A DNA stretch of 50,776 nt. It comes from a virus (Duplodnaviria; Caudoviricetes). The position numbers and the translations under genes are program-made. The notes beneath the pieces are model-generated. The model was not told the DNA's origin. It worked only from the letters and a program-made list of their open reading frames with translations, and ran no database searches. How positions within the stretch are numbered: the stretch's first letter is position 1; every line of letters begins with the position of its first letter. Location of the stretch: positions 1 through 50,776 of the IMG/VR virus record IMGVR_UViG_3300011115_000265. One strand, 5' to 3'. This document shows, one piece after another, positions 27,420 to 37,197 of the stretch.

Positions 27420-30400
27420 TGGCCAGTTCGTTTGCTGAAGCAGTAGACAATCTTAAATTTAATAAAATTACCGACATTGAATCTGGTGGTAATCAATTTG
27501 ATAAGACAGGTAAACCCCTCACTTCCAGTGCAGGGGCTATTGGTCGTGCTCAAGTTATGCCTAAGACTGCTCCTGAAGCAGCTAAACTTGCTGGTGTTCC
27601 TTTTGATGAATCTAAATATAAAAATGATGCAGACTATAATACCCTTATAGGTAATGCTTATTTTAAAGAACAAGTTAAAAACTTTGGTGATGAATCTAAA
27701 GGAGCTGCTGCTTATAATGCTGGACCTACAGCTGTTCGTAAAGCAATTGAAAAGTATGGTGAGAATTGGTTACAAGGTGTTCCAAAAGAAACACAAGATT
27801 ATGTAGTTAAGTATAATACTCCTAAAGAAAAAACTTCTTCTTTTGCTGATGAGGCTAAAGATTTAATTAAACCTAAAAGTTCTTTTGCTTCTGAAGTGGA
27901 AAGTATTAAATCATCTAAAAGTTCTTTTGCACAAGCTGTAGAAAATAGTCAACCTAAAACTAATTGGGCTGGTACAGGCCCAGAAATGTCTTTTGGTGAA
28001 TACATGAAATCAGGTTTTGCTGGCAGAATTGCTTCTGGTCTAGGTTCTAGAGAAGAAATTGGTGATCAAGCCCGTAAAAATGTAATAGCTGCTGGTTATA
28101 CTTCTCAATCAGATTATAATGATAAAGTAGGTAAAGAGTATGATAAGCTACTTGGTGAATGGAAAGTTAAGAAAGCTGAAGAAGAAAAAGCCAAAGGCCC
28201 TGAACCTACATTTAAAGAGTCTTTAAAAGGTTTTGGTTCTGAACTTGTTAATAATCCAGGTCGTGCTGTTGCTGGTTTAATTTATGAATTAGGTAAAGAT
28301 CCTGAACTACTTGGTTTGGGAGCATTTGCTGCACCTAAAGCTGTTGGAACTGTAGCAGCTGCTGGACGTACAGCTAAGGCATTACAAGCTGTTAAAGGTG
28401 TTGGTGTTGCTGCAGCTAAAGGTGGTGCTCTTGGTGCTGGTCTTGAGACTACAGCAGAGGCTAGTGAATCTGGTAATTTAGATTTACAAAAGATTACTAA
28501 TACTGCTGGTATGTTTGCTGTACTTGGTGGTGGTATGAAAGCTGCTGGTGAAGTATACAAAGGAGTTAAAGGTACACCTAAAGTTAAACCTGATTTAACA
28601 CCTGAAGAATTTGAAACTGAGCTTGGTAAGTTTGAATCTATGTCAGACACTACTAAGTCTTCTGATGTAAGTACTGGTTTAGCTTCTGATATTGAGGCAG
28701 GTAAAACTATGTCTACAGATCCTATAGGTGATGTTTCAGATACAGGGTTACCTATTAAACAAGGTCCTATTTTAGATTCTAGTACAAGTGAACCTTTATT
28801 TGATAGTTCTAATCGTCCTCGTATGGCTATTATGCGTAGAGATAAAGTTACTGGAGACCCTATTGGTATTGAACTTAACTTAGAAGAGATTGGTAAACGT
28901 TTTGAAGAAAAGCCTTGGGTCAAACTAGGTCATCCAGAAGATACATTTAAAACTCCTGAACAGTATGCTAGGTTTATTCTTAAACACGAAGAAGAGCATG
29001 TTTATCAATCTTTTGACGAATGGAAAGCAGATCGTCCTGTAGAAATAGGAGAGGCTGAACTTACTGAAAAAGAATTGCATCGTGAATATGAAACAACTAT
29101 TAATAAACGTGCTAAAGTTAAACTTGATGCAGAGATTGATCAAGAACTAAAAGACAATCCTAGTCTTTACGAACTTGGTGATGTATTTAAAGATGATACT
29201 TATACAGAACAGACTGGTTTAAATGCTGTTCATCGTGTAATAGCTGACATATCTTTAAACAAACGAGCTGCTAAGATTATCAAAGAGTCTATTGAACGTA
29301 TGATTCCTAACAAAAAGATTAGGGAACGTATGACTATGGCTATTGAAGGTGAAAAAGAAACTGATCGTTTACTTACTGATGTTCAAAAACAAGAGCTTCT
29401 TTATGGTACTGGTAAAGTAAAACCAGGAACTAAGTTTGTAGATAATGGCTTAGTTAGTGCTCTTGAAAACATGAAACGTAAGTTTGAACAAGGTGCATTT
29501 AAAGATGAGCCTAGTAAACTAGCTTTTAAAGAAAAGCTTGGTAAGCTAGAGTATGTAGTTAACATGCTCAAAGAACTTCCTTCAGAAGAGAATGCTATTA
29601 AACTTCAAAAAGTAATTGAAGGTAAGTTTGCAGAAATGGGTGAAATTGCTAAGAACGAAGGTGTTCTTGATGCTTTACGCCAAAACTATGTAGCTCACGT
29701 TATTGATTTTTCTGACTCGGTATTGTCTAAAGAAAATCAAAAGTCTTTACTTGATCGTTTAAACTTAGACCCTAAAGAAAGTAGACTTAACAGAGACTTT
29801 TCTGAAGCTCGTATGTATAGATATATTCGAGACTTAGAACATCGAGTATATGAAGTAGCTAAAAAAATGGGTCTTAATACTACTGGTCTTAAGGTACAAC
29901 GTGATCTGGCTCGTATTTATGAAGTGTATCAAGAGTCTATGGGTAATGCTATTATTCAAAAACGTTTGACTAACTTTTTAGCAAATAAAGTAGCTATTAA
30001 AATTCCTGTTATAGGTAGTGATGGGCAAGTTAAATCTGTAACAAATTTAGGTATTCTTACTAAAGATTATAAACTTGGTTTTGAAAACAAGTATGAACAG
30101 TTTACTGGTTATGGATCTGATGCACTTAAAGGTTATATGGTTCATCCAGATCTTATTCCTGCTTTAGGTCACTTGTTTAGACAGACTGATCCTAACTTAG
30201 TACTAAGAACAGCTAGTGCTATTTCTATGCTTTCTAAAACCATTACTACAATGGCTTCTATGTTCCATGCTACATCATTGGCTTGGGCTAGAATGGGTGC
30301 TACACCTTTTGGTATGCTTAAAGAAATTGGTACTGGGTTTTCAGGAACTAGAGCTGCTCTTGAAACTCTTCGTCATGACGGACATAGTAAGGATGTAGAT

Positions 30401-31453
30401 AACTGGGCTAGAGATAATCTTAAATTTGAGACTGAAGATATTCAACAAGGTATTTTACCTGATGTTGCTAGAAACGTAGACAATTTTACTACTAAACTAT
30501 TTACAGACAAAGATGTTAGACTTACAAGACAAATTATTGATCCTTTAGATACTCAAGTATTACAAAAAATTAATACATTTACTTGGGACTTTATGCATTC
30601 TGCAGGTAAGTTTGCAACAGCTCAACATATATTTGCTAATATTAAAGCTAAAAATCCACATTTAGCAGATCAAGCTATTCGTCAAGAAGTAGCTTCTTTT
30701 GTTAATAATACTTTTGGTGGTTTAAACTGGTTAAAAATAGCTGATGAAGTTCAAAATAAAACACTTAAAAACTTAGCTATTACTATGACAGGGTTACAAG
30801 GTCGTACTTGGATGCAAGTGTTAATGTTTGCTCCTGACTGGACTATTTCTACTCTTAGATCTTATAGTAAAGCATTGCCTAAAGAGACTTTTAGACCTGA
30901 TAGATGGGAAGTTAAAAAGGGTGCTCAAGGTTTAATTAATCCTACTACTTCTGGTGATCTAGCTAGACGTTATGTACTTACTACAGGTGTGCTTTATCTA
31001 ACACTTATTAATGGTATTAACATGGCTATTACAGGTAGACCTGTCTGGACTAACAAGGATCCTACTCGTATTGATTTAGGTGATGGTACTACCATGCAGT
31101 TAGCTAAACACTCTATGGAAGGCCCACATTGGGTATTACATCCTATTAAAACAGCTGTTAATAAGCTTGGTTATATTCCTAAGACTGCAGTTACTTTAGC
31201 ATCTCCTTATGTTAATACACCTATGGATGCACTTAAAGTAATAGGTGAGCCTTTTGTCCCATTCCAGATTAGTGCAGCAGTTAAAGCACCTTCTGGTGAG
31301 AAACTTAAACGTGGTGTATTTAGCTTTATGGGTTTCCCTATTTATGGTCAAACAGATAGACAACATACAAGTGTTGAAGTATTGGCTGATCGTAAAGAAC
31401 AACGTAAAGAAACTCGTATGAAAAATAAAGAAGAAAAACTTAAGAGACTATAA
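27419..31453 (+). CDS. Large ejection protein with N-terminal lytic transglycosylase (SLT) domain
   Basis: IESGG, GAIGRAQVMPKTA, AAAYNAGP and ETQDYV motifs; 1344 aa. Confidence 0.85.
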   Translation: MASSFAEAVDNLKFNKITDIESGGNQFDKTGKPLTSSAGAIGRAQVMPKTAPEAAKLAGVPFDESKYKNDADYNTLIGNAYFKEQVKNFGDESKGAAAYNAGPTAVRKAIEKYGENWLQGVPKETQDYVVKYNTPKEKTSSFADEAKDLIKPKSSFASEVESIKSSKSSFAQAVENSQPKTNWAGTGPEMSFGEYMKSGFAGRIASGLGSREEIGDQARKNVIAAGYTSQSDYNDKVGKEYDKLLGEWKVKKAEEEKAKGPEPTFKESLKGFGSELVNNPGRAVAGLIYELGKDPELLGLGAFAAPKAVGTVAAAGRTAKALQAVKGVGVAAAKGGALGAGLETTAEASESGNLDLQKITNTAGMFAVLGGGMKAAGEVYKGVKGTPKVKPDLTPEEFETELGKFESMSDTTKSSDVSTGLASDIEAGKTMSTDPIGDVSDTGLPIKQGPILDSSTSEPLFDSSNRPRMAIMRRDKVTGDPIGIELNLEEIGKRFEEKPWVKLGHPEDTFKTPEQYARFILKHEEEHVYQSFDEWKADRPVEIGEAELTEKELHREYETTINKRAKVKLDAEIDQELKDNPSLYELGDVFKDDTYTEQTGLNAVHRVIADISLNKRAAKIIKESIERMIPNKKIRERMTMAIEGEKETDRLLTDVQKQELLYGTGKVKPGTKFVDNGLVSALENMKRKFEQGAFKDEPSKLAFKEKLGKLEYVVNMLKELPSEENAIKLQKVIEGKFAEMGEIAKNEGVLDALRQNYVAHVIDFSDSVLSKENQKSLLDRLNLDPKESRLNRDFSEARMYRYIRDLEHRVYEVAKKMGLNTTGLKVQRDLARIYEVYQESMGNAIIQKRLTNFLANKVAIKIPVIGSDGQVKSVTNLGILTKDYKLGFENKYEQFTGYGSDALKGYMVHPDLIPALGHLFRQTDPNLVLRTASAISMLSKTITTMASMFHATSLAWARMGATPFGMLKEIGTGFSGTRAALETLRHDGHSKDVDNWARDNLKFETEDIQQGILPDVARNVDNFTTKLFTDKDVRLTRQIIDPLDTQVLQKINTFTWDFMHSAGKFATAQHIFANIKAKNPHLADQAIRQEVASFVNNTFGGLNWLKIADEVQNKTLKNLAITMTGLQGRTWMQVLMFAPDWTISTLRSYSKALPKETFRPDRWEVKKGAQGLINPTTSGDLARRYVLTTGVLYLTLINGINMAITGRPVWTNKDPTRIDLGDGTTMQLAKHSMEGPHWVLHPIKTAVNKLGYIPKTAVTLASPYVNTPMDALKVIGEPFVPFQISAAVKAPSGEKLKRGVFSFMGFPIYGQTDRQHTSVEVLADRKEQRKETRMKNKEEKLKRL

Positions 31454-32046
31454 TGGCTGTTCAATTACCTCCAATACCCAATAACCCAGTCACAGATACT
31501 TTTGTATGGCGTGATTGGTTTTTTAAAGTTAGTCAATTACTTGTTCAACAAGCTGGTATTTCTTGGACTAGTCTTGACTTTACTGGGTCTAATTTACTTA
31601 ATATTCAGACTAGACAGCATAATGCTTTACAATCTGTTCAGGGTGGTAACTCAGGTCAGTATTATCATTTAAGTCAAGCACAGTATAATACAGTAGCTAC
31701 GCTTCCTACTTTTGGAACTATGGCTACTCAAAATGCTAATAATGTAGCTATTACTGGTGGTACTATTCCTAATACAGTTATTACTGGTTTAGGTACAATG
31801 TCTACTCAAAGTACTACATCTTATGCTACAAAAGGAACAGATACAGTCTATGCTTATAGGGCTAATAATTTATCTGACTTAGCTAGTGCAGCTACTGCTA
31901 GAACTAATTTAGGATTAGGTACTATAGCTACTCAGAATACTGGATTAAGTGTTACTATTAATACTGCTAAGTTAACAACTGGTGGTGCTAATGGTAGTAT
32001 GACTTTTACTAATGGTATTTTAACTTCTCAAACACAGGCTACATAA
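31453..32046 (+). CDS. Tail needle / fibre-like protein
   Basis: GTM(A/S)TQ repeats, NNLSDLASAATARTNLGLG, TFTNGILT. Confidence 0.6.
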   Translation: MAVQLPPIPNNPVTDTFVWRDWFFKVSQLLVQQAGISWTSLDFTGSNLLNIQTRQHNALQSVQGGNSGQYYHLSQAQYNTVATLPTFGTMATQNANNVAITGGTIPNTVITGLGTMSTQSTTSYATKGTDTVYAYRANNLSDLASAATARTNLGLGTIATQNTGLSVTINTAKLTTGGANGSMTFTNGILTSQTQAT

Positions 32047-32459
32047 TGATTAACTCAAGAGACTTAAAAGACTTACATCCTAAAGTAACTGCTTTAGCTA
32101 ATGAATTTATTAACCGTTGTAAAGCTAAAGGTATTGATGTACTTATTACTTCTACTTATAGAGATGCTGCAAGTCAAAATGCTTTATATGCTCAAGGTAG
32201 AACTTTGCCTGGAAAAAAGGTAACTAATGCATCGGCAGGCAAAAGCTTTCATAATTATAAGGTTGCGTTTGATTTTGTTCCATTAGTTAATGGTAAAGCT
32301 ATGTGGAGTGATACTGCTTTATTTACACAGTGTGGTGAGATTGCAGAACAAGTTGGACTTGAATGGGCAGGTAGGTGGGTTAAGTTTAAAGAGTTAGCTC
32401 ATTGTCAGTATACTGGTGGTTTAACATTAGCAGACTTTCAAGCAGGTAAAACAATTTAA
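32046..32459 (+). CDS. Endolysin, peptidase M15 (L-Ala-D-Glu peptidase-like)
   Basis: YR....Q..LYAQGRT, S.HNY..AFD, GLEWAG.W and E..H motifs. Confidence 0.9.
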   Translation: MINSRDLKDLHPKVTALANEFINRCKAKGIDVLITSTYRDAASQNALYAQGRTLPGKKVTNASAGKSFHNYKVAFDFVPLVNGKAMWSDTALFTQCGEIAEQVGLEWAGRWVKFKELAHCQYTGGLTLADFQAGKTI

Positions 32460-32470
32460 TGATTTTACCG

Positions 32471-32499
32471 ATGACAGATTACTTGACTTATGGTATAAT
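32471..32499 (+). promoter_or_regulatory. Sigma70 promoter of pqqA copy 1
   Basis: ATGACA-17 nt-TATAAT with extended TG. Confidence 0.7.
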
Positions 32500-32543
32500 A
32501 TATGCATAGTACAAATTCGTACTACTTATTTAGGAGTTTTACC

Positions 32544-32615
32544 ATGTGGACTAAACCAGCAGCTACAGAAATGCGTTTTGGCTTTGAAGTTACTATGTAT
32601 ATTATGAACAAATAG
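32544..32615 (+). CDS. pqqA: Pyrroloquinoline quinone precursor peptide PqqA, copy 1 (MWTKPAATEMRFGFEVTMYIMNK)
   Basis: 23 aa, MW.KP...RFGFEVTMY signature with E-x3-Y; AGGAG RBS; own promoter and terminator. Confidence 0.95.
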   Translation: MWTKPAATEMRFGFEVTMYIMNK

Positions 32616-32665
32616 GGTCAAATCGTCATAGAGATATCTACAAGGCTCTACAGCGAGTTTTAGAT

Positions 32666-32701
32666 AAAAAGAAAGGCCACGATATTCAGTGGCCTTTTTT
32701 A
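32666..32701. terminator. Bidirectional rho-independent terminator at the convergence of the two gene blocks
   Basis: aaaggccac-gatattca-gtggccttt with A-run before and T-run after. Confidence 0.85.
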
Positions 32702-32735
32702 TTGCGTTACACGCTTACTGTGTACGTTGATTTTC

Positions 32736-32906
32736 TTACACTGTCTGTAATTTTACCTTAGTTGGTGCTAAAAAGGCAATTACCTCATCAAAAGTCTTAA
32801 ATACATTAACTGCTTGCTCTGGATGTTGTTGACCAAAGACAACTTTAGATGAAGCTACAATAAAACCGTTTTCTGCTTTGTTAATTTGTACTTGATTGAA
32901 TTCCAT
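32736..32906 (-). CDS. Hypothetical protein (56 aa)
   Basis: MEFNQVQINKAENGFIV...; AGGAG RBS; not in ORF track. Confidence 0.7.
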   Translation of the reverse strand: MEFNQVQINKAENGFIVASSKVVFGQQHPEQAVNVFKTFDEVIAFLAPTKVKLQTV

Positions 32907-32908
32907 AA

Positions 32909-33055
32909 CTACTCCTTAATATATGTAAATAATAAACGAACAATAAATAGATCTAAAACTAAGTAATCTGAAGTGCCACTACCTTCTTCTAAATCATCAG
33001 CAGTAACAATTTCAAATCCTAGCATAAACCCACTAATAAAACTAAATTCAAACAT
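32909..33055 (-). CDS. Hypothetical protein (48 aa)
   Basis: MFEFSFISGFMLGFEIV...YLVLDLFIVRL; fills the gap. Confidence 0.6.
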   Translation of the reverse strand: MFEFSFISGFMLGFEIVTADDLEEGSGTSDYLVLDLFIVRLLFTYIKE

Positions 33056-33060
33056 AAACA

Positions 33061-33567
33061 TTATAGACCTACTACTTCAGTGTAAAAAGAAACTACTTGT
33101 TGTAAATCTTCAAGTGAAGCATCACTTTTAATTCTGTTTGCTTTGTTGCTAATAATCATAATGTTTCCTTTTATATAACCAAGACTAGGATTTATTCTAT
33201 CAATAGAAGCTGACCAATCTTTATCATTATAAATAAATGGTACTTTAAACACTGGGCATTCCTTAGGAATAATAATATCAGATAGTTCTAAATTAAAATC
33301 TATGTTTTTTATATTAGCTCTTGATCTAGCTCTATTAAGTATTTTATATTCTAAAGAAGTATTTTTCCATTGTTGTTTAGTAATAACTTTTCTACATTCT
33401 TTACAAACTGAATTATAACCATCCCTACATCCTGAATGTTTATGAAATTCATTTAGAAGTTTTAAAGTATTACAATTACTACAATGCCTAGTTCCTTTTG
33501 GTATTTTATCTAGATGTTTCCATCTATTAATTCTACCTTTAGCCCGTTGTTCATCAGTTAAAGCCAT
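33061..33567 (-). CDS. Free-standing HNH / His-Me finger homing endonuclease-like protein
   Basis: CSNC...CKEC zinc finger; CPV, SIDRI....GY..GNI.IIS.KANRIK motif. Confidence 0.8.
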   Translation of the reverse strand: MALTDEQRAKGRINRWKHLDKIPKGTRHCSNCNTLKLLNEFHKHSGCRDGYNSVCKECRKVITKQQWKNTSLEYKILNRARSRANIKNIDFNLELSDIIIPKECPVFKVPFIYNDKDWSASIDRINPSLGYIKGNIMIISNKANRIKSDASLEDLQQVVSFYTEVVGL

Positions 33568-33601
33568 TTAAAAACCCTCAAATTATTACACCATTTATAA
33601 T

Positions 33602-33630
33602 AGTATAACATATTTGAGAGTTCTTGTCAA
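33602..33630 (-). promoter_or_regulatory. Sigma70 promoter for the HNH gene
   Basis: TTGACA-17 nt-TATACT with extended TG on the minus strand. Confidence 0.75.
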
Positions 33631-33637
33631 GAAAAAC

Positions 33638-35524
33638 TTATCCTACTAGTCCAACAATTTCGCAAGAACCAGATGTACAACTTAATTCCTGGGTTCCTGT
33701 TGTAGTATCTTCCTCCTCTTTAAAGTTTGACCAGTCAACATCAGGGAAATTCTTAACAGCTTCGTTATAAACTTCCTCTGTTACTTCTTGATAAGGTGCT
33801 TGTTTATATACATGATCAGAATGTGGTAGTAAGGATACACCTGACACATCGCTGAAGTTATTATAAATCCAAGCTCCTACATTCATGAACTCGTTATCTG
33901 TATAGTAAACAGTGATTGACGGATTATGCTCTGTCCAATGCTTCTGATATACACTATATAGTTTAAGTTGTTCTAAGGCATTTGTTTCATTACGAGTTAC
34001 ACCTGATTGGCTTCCTTGTTGCGGGAAACTAAAGATTGTAATGTCGTTTGGTTTTGTAACGTCTGGTTCATTTGGAACCCCTGCATCTTTAAAGAACTTT
34101 GTAATTGGATCTTTGTTATCCATTCGTACAGTTCTAATGTAATGTTTAGAGTAAGCAGGATGAATGCCAGAACTGCAACCAACCAACTGACTAACAGTCC
34201 CTGAAGGCTTAACAGTAGTGATAGCGACAGACTCAGGTATGCCGAGTACAGCAGCCCACTTTTTATTAACTTCAATTGCATATTCTCGTAGCTCCGTTAA
34301 CCATTTAATACATTCTTCAGTAGGTTTACTTAGGATAGGATGATCCATAATACCTGTCATACTTACACCTAATAACCGTTCTTCCTCTTGATTCTTTTTC
34401 CACTCAGCTCTTAAGTATCTAAAGTTTGTAAGGGTGGATTGAAATGTCCCGATAATTGTTGCGACTTCAATCTTTTCCTTAAGGTCAGCAAGGGTATCTT
34501 TCTCTCGGATGACAACTTCACTGAGATTACACACTCCCTTAGATCGCAGGATAATTTCTCCGCAAGGGTTTGTGCCGTAGTCGTAACCATCAACATCTCG
34601 TCTTCCGTTAGAGGCTGCTTTCTTTGTAGCTGCAACTCTATTAAATATTCCTCGTTCACCGTTCTTTGACTCATACAATGTACCCCACTCTTTTAAGAAA
34701 ATACCAACATCAGGTTTCTCAGTGTAAGCAACAGAGTTATTAGCTAAAGCTCGTTGAACATTACCTTCCCACCAAGCACCGTTCTTAGCATTACGCATAC
34801 GGTCATCAGTAAGATTAGATAAGCTAATTAGAGCAGATCTACGAACACCTCCGACAATAACAATGTCAGCTACTTTACATACAATATCATGACATTCCAA
34901 TGAGTTTAGTTTTCGTCCTGCAGCTCGTTTGAAAGTATGGATTGTAAATTCAAACAAGTCTTCAAGAGGTTTTGGACCGCTTGCTCTACCACCGAAAGTC
35001 CTGAGTCTAGCTCCAGCAGGTCGCACTCCTGAGGTATCCCATTTTGGAATTCTCCCTGAATATAGGAGGCTAATGAGTTCCCTATAAGCAGATGCCCAAC
35101 CAATTCTTGAATCTTTAACTCTAATAGATGTGTCTGTATCATGGAATTCCTCAGCAACTACTGGTAACATGTTTGTAAACTGTCGTTCTACTGAGAACCC
35201 TACACCTGTACCACACATTAAAACATACATTACTTCATCAAATGCTTTAGGGTTATCAATAGCAATAAAACTACAATTGTAACCTGCAATCTCATCACGA
35301 TCTAAAGCTTGTCCTGCTGTCATTAAACAACGCATACTAGGCATTACATCTAGTTCACGGATTGCTTTATTAACTTTCTCTTCAGGGAAGCTATCAAAGC
35401 GACCTTTAAAGAATCCTGTATAACGACTTACTGTTTCTTCCCATGTCTCACGTCGAGACTCACTAGGAACCCATCGTGCATAACGGCTTGCATGTATAAA
35501 TCTTTGGTAATCTGTTAAAGCCAT
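33638..35524 (-). CDS. nrdJ: Class II (adenosylcobalamin-dependent) ribonucleotide reductase
   Basis: YNCSF, GTGVGFSV, GGVRRSA, TNPCGEI, VKPSGTVS motifs; C-terminal CTSGSC; no beta subunit gene. Confidence 0.92.
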   Translation of the reverse strand: MALTDYQRFIHASRYARWVPSESRRETWEETVSRYTGFFKGRFDSFPEEKVNKAIRELDVMPSMRCLMTAGQALDRDEIAGYNCSFIAIDNPKAFDEVMYVLMCGTGVGFSVERQFTNMLPVVAEEFHDTDTSIRVKDSRIGWASAYRELISLLYSGRIPKWDTSGVRPAGARLRTFGGRASGPKPLEDLFEFTIHTFKRAAGRKLNSLECHDIVCKVADIVIVGGVRRSALISLSNLTDDRMRNAKNGAWWEGNVQRALANNSVAYTEKPDVGIFLKEWGTLYESKNGERGIFNRVAATKKAASNGRRDVDGYDYGTNPCGEIILRSKGVCNLSEVVIREKDTLADLKEKIEVATIIGTFQSTLTNFRYLRAEWKKNQEEERLLGVSMTGIMDHPILSKPTEECIKWLTELREYAIEVNKKWAAVLGIPESVAITTVKPSGTVSQLVGCSSGIHPAYSKHYIRTVRMDNKDPITKFFKDAGVPNEPDVTKPNDITIFSFPQQGSQSGVTRNETNALEQLKLYSVYQKHWTEHNPSITVYYTDNEFMNVGAWIYNNFSDVSGVSLLPHSDHVYKQAPYQEVTEEVYNEAVKNFPDVDWSNFKEEEDTTTGTQELSCTSGSCEIVGLVG

Positions 35525-35697
35525 TAATCTTCCTCATCTGTTGTTAGTTCATTATTAAAGTATTCGTATTTATCTTCAATACGATCAAAGAAAGCCTCTA
35601 CTAGATCATAAGAATCAATGTTCAGAATCTCTAGTAGAGTTACTTCATCATACTGTTCTGCTAGTTTTTTAGTTATTTCCTGCAGAGTTAGTGTCAT
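35524..35697 (-). CDS. Small acidic protein (57 aa)
   Basis: MTLTLQEITKKLAEQYDEVTLLEILNIDSYDLVEAF.DRIE; TAATG coupling to nrdJ. Confidence 0.75.
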   Translation of the reverse strand: MTLTLQEITKKLAEQYDEVTLLEILNIDSYDLVEAFFDRIEDKYEYFNNELTTDEED

Positions 35698-36190
35698 TCC
35701 ATGCTTCCTTATCCCACTTAATAATAGCGTTAATTTGTGTTCTTAAGCCATTACAGATTTCATCACTCTTTATTTTGTTTTCGAAGATGTCGTCGATAGT
35801 AATGGTACTGAGTCCACTGGTGGTTTCAATAGTTCCTGTGGAATCCTTGGGCAACTCAGTAAAGAGACCTTTGTTTGATTCATTCCACAACCTGATACCA
35901 TCAGCAGTAATATTACAGTTACTAGTATATATTTTAACACGTTTAAGTTTCCTTGTCAACTGATTATAGTAATTTGTTTGATTACTTAAGGCTGTTTGAT
36001 ACTCTTTGATTTCATTACGTGATTTGACATCATTATTCCTAATCGTAGTAAGTAACGAGTCATACTTTTTAACTTCATCCGCTTTATCGAACTGACCTTT
36101 AACATAGTAACCTCCTGTAAAACTACCAATCACCATCGCTGAGATCAGAACCCACTTGTAAGGGTTGAGCATTGTCAATAGATTCTCCAT
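35669..36190 (-). CDS. Membrane-anchored coiled-coil protein (possible Rz/i-spanin-like)
   Basis: N-terminal TM segment, coiled coil, two Cys; GGAGG RBS. Confidence 0.5.
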   Translation of the reverse strand: MENLLTMLNPYKWVLISAMVIGSFTGGYYVKGQFDKADEVKKYDSLLTTIRNNDVKSRNEIKEYQTALSNQTNYYNQLTRKLKRVKIYTSNCNITADGIRLWNESNKGLFTELPKDSTGTIETTSGLSTITIDDIFENKIKSDEICNGLRTQINAIIKWDKEAWNDTNSAGNN

Positions 36191-36440
36191 ATATATCCTC
36201 CAAATCAATTAGTAAATCAATAAAGTGTTTAGCTTTTTCTAGATCTTGTACTCCACCTTTATTGCGCCATCTACATAAATATTTAATTGCAGTAGCTTCT
36301 AAGTAAGGAATATTGTTTACAAAGCAGAATTCAACAGGTTGGATTTTGAACTCTTTGTAATGAGAGCCACCGACTTGTGTAGAGAGTGATGATAGTAGTT
36401 CCTCTTGTCTGTCAATGTCCAAGTTTTTAAAGTGACCCAT
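36123..36440 (-). CDS. DUF3310-like protein (putative nucleotide kinase)
   Basis: QVGGSHY...IQP.EF, AIKY.CR...K.G.QDLEKA motifs. Confidence 0.8.
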   Translation of the reverse strand: MGHFKNLDIDRQEELLSSLSTQVGGSHYKEFKIQPVEFCFVNNIPYLEATAIKYLCRWRNKGGVQDLEKAKHFIDLLIDLEDIYGESIDNAQPLQVGSDLSDGDW

Positions 36441-37197
36441 ATGTTCTCCGTAAGTAATCTAATGACACAGCCATCTCATCGAATGACCCATCGTTAACTT
36501 CATGTAGCATGTAGAAGCCACGCCAATGCTCGTTGCCTTGTGGTCCCATGTAACCCTCATTATGTTCGTAACACGAACCAGCAATGATAGCTGTCATTTC
36601 TTTACCGTCGGCACGACGACCATAAGCAATCTGTCTACCTTGTTGGTGCCCTGCAAAGCAGGACATATGTTTTTTAGTGATAAGCATTTGAGCACTGATT
36701 ACAGGCCGTCCCATAACACCACTAGTAAAATAATGAGAATAAGCAATACCATCAATTACCACCACTTCAAGGAACGGATGAACTTCCCAACCAAAAGTTT
36801 CATAAGCAAGATCCTTAATACCAATGAGTCCATCAAGTTTGCGATCATACTCAATTGCCCTTTCAATACGTTCTTCATGGTTACCTAATGTAAGTACTAA
36901 CCTAGGATTCCAACGAGGTCTGTGGTTAGTTTTAAGTTTTTCTTGTTCATCATGGATAGGTTTCATTAATGCTCGCATCCCTTTACGGGCTGCCTTAACA
37001 TCAGCAGTATATGTCCTACCTTCAAAAGACTTCTTACCAATATCATAGCTAGATAGGGACGGCATGTCAGCGAAGTCCCCGATGCAGACAATCACATCAG
37101 GTTTTTTCTCCGCTGCATACTGACCAATCCAACTTAGATATTCCACACTTTCACCAGGCTTAACCTGGCAGTCAGGAATAACTAAGTGTTTACTCAT
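36427..37197 (-). CDS. Calcineurin-like metallophosphoesterase
   Basis: IPDCQ, IGDFADM, LGNHE and GH motifs. Confidence 0.85.
   Translation of the reverse strand: MSKHLVIPDCQVKPGESVEYLSWIGQYAAEKKPDVIVCIGDFADMPSLSSYDIGKKSFEGRTYTADVKAARKGMRALMKPIHDEQEKLKTNHRPRWNPRLVLTLGNHEERIERAIEYDRKLDGLIGIKDLAYETFGWEVHPFLEVVVIDGIAYSHYFTSGVMGRPVISAQMLITKKHMSCFAGHQQGRQIAYGRRADGKEMTAIIAGSCYEHNEGYMGPQGNEHWRGFYMLHEVNDGSFDEMAVSLDYLRRTYGSL

Noticed and set aside
28282-28923. 213-aa minus-strand ORF and other antisense or nested ORFs (e.g. 8495-8836, 17341-18171, 36526-37048)
   Set aside because: They overlap well-supported genes, have no motifs and are expected shadows of codon bias.
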